From NCBI GenBank assembly GCA_963781365.1, contig CAWAFR010000001.1:57481-121480 (forward strand): a stretch of DNA of 64,000 bases, written 5' to 3'. Origin of the DNA: an uncultured Actinomycetota bacterium (GTDB taxonomy: Bacteria > Actinomycetota > Actinomycetes > Actinomycetales > Quadrisphaeraceae). Of the stretch, positions 58,245 to 64,000 are shown piece by piece; within the stretch, counting starts at the first letter, position 1; every line of letters begins with the position of its first letter. The position numbers and the translations under genes are program-made. Under the pieces are notes generated by a model. It worked only from the letters and a program-made list of their open reading frames with translations. It did no database searches and was not told the DNA's origin.

Positions 58245-58322
58245 CCGGTGCTTCCAGAGTTGGTCCTGACACGATGTGACCACGTGGGGACACTGGGTCA
58301 AGACCAACTCCGGAAGCACCGG
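58245..58322. repeat. 78-bp imperfect palindrome with no spacer, between convergent genes
   Basis: CCGGTGCTTCCAGAGTTGGTCCTGACACGATGTGACCAC|GTGGGGACACTGGGTCAAGACCAACTCCGGAAGCACCGG. Confidence 0.85.
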
Positions 58323-58348
58323 GAACAGCCCCACCCGCCCGTGCCCGA

Positions 58349-58380
58349 GCGGCGGGACTGCACGATCACCGCGACAGGGG
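58349..58380 (-). repeat. GTGATCATG-family half copy providing the DUF2567 stop codon
   Basis: Minus strand CCCCTGTCGCGG-TGA-TCGTGCAGTCCCGCC. Confidence 0.7.
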
Positions 58381-58929
58381 CAGCTCCTCCTCGTCCGCGC
58401 CATCAGCGTCATCGGCGTCGTCGGTCCGCGCCGAGCCGGTCCACGCCGCCGCCAGGTGGCCGGCGGTCATCGCGAGCGCTGCGGCGGCGGGCCAGACCAG
58501 CGCCACCCCGGCGCTGTGGGCGCGCAGCGGGCTGACGAGCCCCGCGGCGGGGGTCGCCCCCGCGGCGAGCTGCGCGGCCACCGACGCCGGGCCGAGCCAC
58601 CCCCCGACGGCGCCGGCCACCACCGCCCCGAGGGCGCAGCCGGCGACGACGAGCAGGCTCCGCCGCCACGGCACGGCGCCGGGCCGGACCGCGGCGACGG
58701 CGCCGCACACCAGGCCCGCGGCGGCGCCCAGGAGCACGAGCCAGCCGTCCTGGGCCGCCGCGAGCTCGGGCTCCGCCGTCGCCAGGAGCGTGCCGCCCTG
58801 CAGCTGGACGACACCGGCGGTCGGCGCGAGGACCCACCACAGGACGCCGACGACGGCGCCCAGCAGCACCGGCCCCAGCACCGGCCCCAGCACCGGCGCT
58901 GCCACGGGCAGACCCCGCCGCAGCGGCAT
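58366..58929 (-). CDS. DUF2567-like membrane protein downstream of dnaE
   Basis: LLGAVVGVLWWVLAP...AAQDGWLVLLGAAAG...VALVWP; start overlaps the dnaE stop. Confidence 0.7.
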   Translation of the reverse strand: MPLRRGLPVAAPVLGPVLGPVLLGAVVGVLWWVLAPTAGVVQLQGGTLLATAEPELAAAQDGWLVLLGAAAGLVCGAVAAVRPGAVPWRRSLLVVAGCALGAVVAGAVGGWLGPASVAAQLAAGATPAAGLVSPLRAHSAGVALVWPAAAALAMTAGHLAAAWTGSARTDDADDADGADEEELPLSR

Positions 58930-61900
58930 CAGACGAGACAGCTGGGCCCCAGCAGCGCCTTGAGGTCGCCGAACAGCGACGGCGACGGCGTCACCCGCAG
59001 CGCGTCGGCCAGGCACATCGTCACCTGCTTGCCGGTGGTGACCAGGCGCAGGTGCACCAGCGTCTGGCCGCGGTGGTCGCTGCAGCACTCCGCGGAGGCG
59101 GTCGGCGACGGGTGGGTGCACCGCTGCTCGGGCAGGGTGATCACCACCGGGCCGTCGGCGGCCACGGAGGTGTCGGGGACGGTCAGGTCCTGCGCGTGCA
59201 GGGACGCGGACGTCGTCGCGGCGGGAGAGCCGGCCCTTGACGACGACGATCGCGTCGGGCGCCAGCAGGTGCGCGAACTGCTCGTAGCTGCTGCGGGAAG
59301 AACAGCACCTCCATCGGCGCCGTCGAGGTCCTCCACGGTGGCGATGGCCCACTGGTTGCCCTGCTTGGTCATCTTGCGCTGCAGCCCGGTGATGAGCCCG
59401 GCGACGGTGACCATGGAGCCGTCCTGGCGCGACTCGTCAGTCAGCAGCTGCGCGACCGAGCAGTCGGCGGCGGAGCTCAGCACGTGCTCCAGCCCGAACA
59501 GCGGGTGGTCGGAGACGTACAGGCCGAGCATCTCCCGCTCGCGGGCGAGGAGCTCCTTCTTGTCCCACTCGGGCAGGTCCGGGATCGCCACCGCGAGCAG
59601 TGATGCTCCAGGGGCGCCACCGCTCCCGTCGGCGTCGTCGTCCCCGTCGCCCATGAGGCCGCCGAACAGGTCGAACTGGCCGATCGGCCTCCTTGCGCTT
59701 GAGGCCGACGACGGAGTCGACGGCGTCCTCGTGCACGCGCGAGCAGCGCGCGCCGCGGGGCAGCCGAGGGAGTCGAACGCGCCGGCCTTGATGAGCGACT
59801 CCACCGTGCGCTTGTTGCAGACGACGGCGGGCACCTTGGCGAGGAAGTCGCCGAAGCTGGTGAAGGCGCCCTTCTCCTCGCGGGCGCGCTCGATCGCCTC
59901 GACGACGTTGTCGCCGACGTTGCGGATGGCGGCCAGGCCGAAGCGGATGTCGGTGCCGACGGGGTGTAAGTTGGCGATGGAGGAGTTGACGTCGGGCGGG
60001 AGCACGTTGATCGCCCATGCGGCGGCACTCGTTGAGGTAGAGCGCGGACTTGTCCTTGTCGTCGCGCACGCAGGTGAGCACGGCGGCCATGTACTCGGCC
60101 GGGTAGTTCGCCTTGAGGTAGGCGGTCCAGTAGGAGACGACGCCGTACGCCGCGGAGTGGGCCTTGTTGAAGGCGTAGTCGGAGAACGGGACGCAGCACG
60201 TCCCACAGCGCCTTCACCGCGGCGTCGGAGAAGCCGTCGGTCGTGCATGCCCGGCCGAGAAGCTTCGACGTACTCGCTTGTCGAGCACTCGACGCTTCTT
60301 CTTGCCCATCGCCCGGCGCAGCAGGTCGGCCTGGCCGAGGGAGTAGCCGGCGACCTGTCTGCGCGATCGCCATGACCTGCTCCTGGTAGACGATCAGGCC
60401 GTAGGTCGTGCCCAGGATCGTCCGCGAGCGGCTCGGCCAGCTCGGGGTGCAGCGGCGTGATCGCCTGCTGGCCGTTCTTGCGCAGCGCGTAGTTGGTGTG
60501 CGAGTTCGCGCCCATCGGGCCGGGCCGGTAGAGCGCGCCGACGGCGGAGATGTCCTCGAAGTTGTCGGGGCGCATGAGCCGCAGCAGCGAGCGCATCGGG
60601 CCGCCGTCGAACTGGAAGACGCCGAGGGTGTCGCCGCGGGCGAGCAGCTCGTAGGTCGCCGGGGTCGTCCAGCGTCGAGCGCCTCCAGGCGACGCGTCTC
60701 GCCGCGGTTGCGATCGATGTTGGCGCAGCGCGTCGTCGATGATCGTCAGGTTCCGCAGGCCGAGGAAGTCCATCTTGATCAGGCCGAGCGACTCGCAGCG
60801 TCGGGTAGTCGAACTGCGTGATGATCGCGCCGTCCTGCTCCCGGCGCATGATCGGGACGTGGTCGATCAGCGGCTCGCTGGACATGATGACGCCGGCGGC
60901 GTGCACGCCCCACTGCCGCTTGAGGCTCTCCAGCCCGCGGGCCGTCTCGACCACCTGCGGCGACCTCGGGATCGGAGGCGTGCAGCGCGCGGAACTCCTC
61001 GGCCTCCGCGTAGCCGCTGGTGGGCTGGGTCGAAGATCCCGCGACAGCGGGATGTCCTTGCCCATCACCGCCGGCGGCATCGCCTTGGTGATCCGCTCGC
61101 CCAGGGAGAACGGGTATCCGAGCACGCGGGCGGCGTCCTTGACGGCCTGCTTGGCCTTGATCGTGCCGTAGGTGACGATCTGCGCGACCCGGTCCTCGCC
61201 GTACTTCTCGGTGACGTAGCGGATGACCTCGCCGCGGCGGCGCTCGTCGAAGTCGACGTCGAAGTCGGGCATGGACATGCGCTCGGGGTTGAGGAACCGC
61301 TCGAAGATCAGCCCGTGCCGCTAGCGGGTCGAGGTCGGTGATGCCCATCGCGTACGCGGCGATCGAGCCGGCGCCCGGAGCCGCGGCCCGGGCCCGACCC
61401 GGATGCCGTTGTCCTTGGCCCAGCTGATGAAGTCGGCGACGACCAGGAAGTACCCGGAGAAGCCCATCTTGCGTGATGACGCCGATCTCGTAGCTCGGCC
61501 TGCCGGCGGCACGTCGGCCGGGACGCCGCCCGGGAAGCGCCGGTGCAGGCCCGCGCTCGACCTCCTGGACGAACCAGGAGTCCTCGCTCTCGCCCGGCGG
61601 GCACCGGGAAGCGGGGCATGTAGCGTGCCGGCGCCCTCGGTGAACTCCGACGTCGCAGCGCTCGGCGATCAGCAGGGTGTTGTCGCACGCCTCCGGCAGC
61701 TCGCGCCACAGGTGGCGCATCTCCGCGCGGCGACTTGAGGTAGAACTCGTCGGCGTCGAACTTGAAGCGCTTGGGGTCGGCCAGCGTCGAGCCGGACTGC
61801 ACGCAGAGCAGCGCGGCGTGCGCCTGTGGCGTCCTCGGCGCGGGTGTAGTGCAGGTCGTTCGTGGCGACCAGCGGCAAGCCCGAGGTCCGCGCGAGGCGC

Positions 61901-62534
61901 AGCAGGTCCTGCTGGACGCGGCGCTCGATCTCGAGCCCGTGGTCCATCAGCTCGCAGTAGAAGTTGCCCGGCGCCGAAGATGTCGCGGCAACTCCGCGGC
62001 GGCGGCCACGGCGGCGTCGTACTGGCCGAGGCGCAGCCGGGTCTGGACCTCCCCGGACGGGCAGCCGGTGGTGGCGATGAGCCCGTCGCCGTAGGTCGAC
62101 AGCAGCTCGCGGTCCATGCGGGGCTTGTAGAAGTGCCCCTCCAGGCTCGGCCAGCGAGGCCATCCGGAACAGGTTGTGCATGCCCGGTGGTGTTCGCGGC
62201 GAGCATGCGTCATGTGGGTGTAGGCGCCGCCGCCGGAGACGTCGTCGCCCGCCGCCGTCGCCCCAGCGCACCCGGGTGCGGTCCCGCGCGGCTGGTGCCG
62301 GGCGTGAGGTAGGCCTCGACCCCGATGATCGGGGTTGACGCCGTGCTTCTTGGCCTGTCTTCCAGAACTCGTACGCGCCGAAGACGTAGCCGTGGTCGGT
62401 GGTGGCGAGCGCCGGCATGCCCATCCGGGCGGCCTCGGCGAACAGGTCATCGATCCTGGCGGCGCCGTCGAGCATCGAGTACTCGGTGTGCACGTGCAGG
62501 TGCACGAAGGACTCGCTCCAGCGGCGTCGGGCAT
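58929..62534 (-). CDS. dnaE: DNA polymerase III alpha subunit; many apparent frameshifts
   Basis: [78 protein letters not shown]; about 3.6 kb. Confidence 0.95.
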
Positions 62535-62746
62535 GGGTCGGGGGCCTCCGGAGGACGGGGTGGGACGGGCTTGGGCCGGTCGAAGGAGAGGGCCCATCGT
62601 AGGCGCCGGGGACGACGGTGCGGGCGGTCCCCGGAACCCGACGACCGCGCGGCGACGCGCCGTCCCAGGGGCCGTCCGGGGTGGCGGCCCGTCCGCGGTC
62701 CCGGTGGTGACGAACACCGTCCGGGATCGACCAGCTGCAGCACCGC

Positions 62747-63430
62747 GTGCTCACCGCCGCCTCGAGCAGCGCCACCGCGCTGCTGCGGATCAGCCTGGGA
62801 GCGGTCTTCCTGGGCTTCGGGCTCCTGGAGTTCTTCCCCGGCGTCAGCCCGGCGCAGGACCTCGCCGTCACCACCACCCACCTGCTGACCTTCGGGATGG
62901 TGCCGGACGCGCTGGCGCTGGTCGGCGTCGCGTCGCTGGAGTGCACCATCGGCATTGCCTGTCGTGCTGGCTGGGGCGCGCTGCTGCGCCCGGGCCCGGT
63001 CCTGCTGGTGCCCCAGCCGGTCGGCATCCTCTCGCCCGTCGTGCTGCTCCCCCACCGCCTGTTCGCCGGCCCCCACCACGCGCCGACCCTGGAGGGCCAG
63101 TACGTGCTGAAGGACGTCGTGCTGGTCGCCGCGGTGCTGGTGGTCGCTGTCGCATCACGGCACTCGGCGACGACGACGGCGGCTGTCCCGTCAGCGGCCG
63201 CCGCCGTGCCCGCGCCCCGCGTGGTCACCACGCGGGAGGAGCTCGCCGTCGTGCTGGCCGGTCTCCGCGAGGAGTGCCCGCTCGGTGAGCTGTGCGCCGC
63301 CCACGGGATCGACGTCGACGACCACCGCGCCTGGGAGCGGGAGGTGCTGGCCGCGTCCGAGGCCATCACCGCCGCCCGCGGCGCCCGCGCCGAGGGCCCT
63401 GCGGCCCCGGTGGCCGTCACCGCCGCCTGA
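62747..63430 (+). CDS. DoxX-family membrane protein with C-terminal transposase-like HTH; start uncertain
   Basis: LLRISLGAVFLGFG..FFPGVSPAQDL, LECTIG, PTLEGQYVLKDVVLVAA; tail EELAVVLAGLREECPLGELCAAHGIDVDDHRAWEREVL. Confidence 0.75.
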   Translation: MLTAASSSATALLRISLGAVFLGFGLLEFFPGVSPAQDLAVTTTHLLTFGMVPDALALVGVASLECTIGIACRAGWGALLRPGPVLLVPQPVGILSPVVLLPHRLFAGPHHAPTLEGQYVLKDVVLVAAVLVVAVASRHSATTTAAVPSAAAAVPAPRVVTTREELAVVLAGLREECPLGELCAAHGIDVDDHRAWEREVLAASEAITAARGARAEGPAAPVAVTAA

Positions 63431-63513
63431 GCCCTTGCCGGGCGGGCGTGACCCCGAGCAGGATCGCTCCGTCAGGCCGCCGCGGGCGGCCACCGCAGGC
63501 ACCAGGAGGCTCC

Positions 63514-63807
63514 GTGTTCGCGACGATGCGCAGGATCCGCACCAGCCCCGGATCAGCGCGCGAGGTGGGGCGGCTCATCGCGGCCGAGTACGTGCCCCTC
63601 GTGGAGCAGGTCGAGGGGTACGTCTCCTACACGCTGGTCGACCTCGGCGACGACGAGGTCGCGAGCGTCGGCGTCTTCACCACTGCCGAGGCCGCGGAGG
63701 AGGCCAACGAGAAGGCCCGCACCTGGACCGCAGACCGGCTCCGGCCGCTCGTCGCCTCGCCGCTGGACGCCCGGGAGGGTGAGGTCGTCGTCGAGCACCG
63801 CGCCTGA
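63514..63807 (+). CDS. Small ABM/dimeric alpha-beta-barrel-like protein
   Basis: AGGAGG RBS; YVPLVEQVEGYVSYTLVD...SVGVFTTAEAAEEANEKARTW...EGEV. Confidence 0.75.
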   Translation: MFATMRRIRTSPGSAREVGRLIAAEYVPLVEQVEGYVSYTLVDLGDDEVASVGVFTTAEAAEEANEKARTWTADRLRPLVASPLDAREGEVVVEHRA

Positions 63808-63821
63808 CGGTCGGGGAGCCG

Positions 63822-63899
63822 CCCCCCTCCCCCGGTGATCATGCAGCGCCGCCACCCCCACGACCGCGGGCCGGCGGGACTGCATGATCACGGCGGGAG
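63822..63899. repeat. GTGATCATG-family full palindromic element
   Basis: CCCCCCTCCCCCGGTGATCATGCAGCGCCGCC ... GGCGGGACTGCATGATCACGGCGGGAG. Confidence 0.85.
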
Positions 63900-64000
63900 T
63901 CGTGACGGCGCGGCGGCCCCGCGCACCGCGGCGTCGGGTCCATGATCGGCGCCATGGCGAGTCCCGCGGCACCTCCGGCCGTCCGGCCGGCAGCGCCGTG

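Noticed and set aside
58929-62534. dnaE as split, intein-containing or programmed-frameshift gene
   Set aside because: Total length of about 3.6 kb is normal, no intein motifs were seen, and the breaks are numerous and scattered as expected for sequencing indels
1-64000. tRNA, rRNA or known riboswitch
   Set aside because: Intergenic gaps are short and none showed a cloverleaf or a recognisable conserved riboswitch core; an Infernal/Rfam scan would be needed to exclude them fully

Overview
Very high-GC actinobacterial chromosomal segment. The Kineosporiales/Micrococcales-like assignment is an inference from gene content and promoter style. It carries about 60 mostly metabolic and housekeeping genes, including hisD, a LON-N/ybaK/DUF2567/dnaE block, selO, gabD, an ABC-2 exporter, a Ser/Thr kinase, GH32 and GH43 hydrolases, a PolA-like polymerase and two DUF222-HNH genes. 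I found no rRNA, tRNA, CRISPR array, intact transposase or prophage. Single-base frameshifts are dense in patches, including the essential dnaE, and are most likely long-read consensus errors. A separate class of large internal deletions (a cydB-cydD-cydC relic, DUF2252, an APH-like kinase, a VOC gene) looks like real decay. The most notable features are: (1) a dispersed palindromic GTGATCATG-core REP/MITE-like family at about 12 loci, which supplies the TGA stop and last codons of four membrane-protein genes and sits in-frame inside a fifth gene; (2) a second two-copy hairpin family with compensatory base changes; (3) a DoxX membrane protein fused to an IS3-OrfA-like helix-turn-helix; (4) two DUF222-HNH genes behind different DNA-damage promoters (PafBC/RecA-NDp-type and LexA-type); (5) pervasive leaderless promoters.
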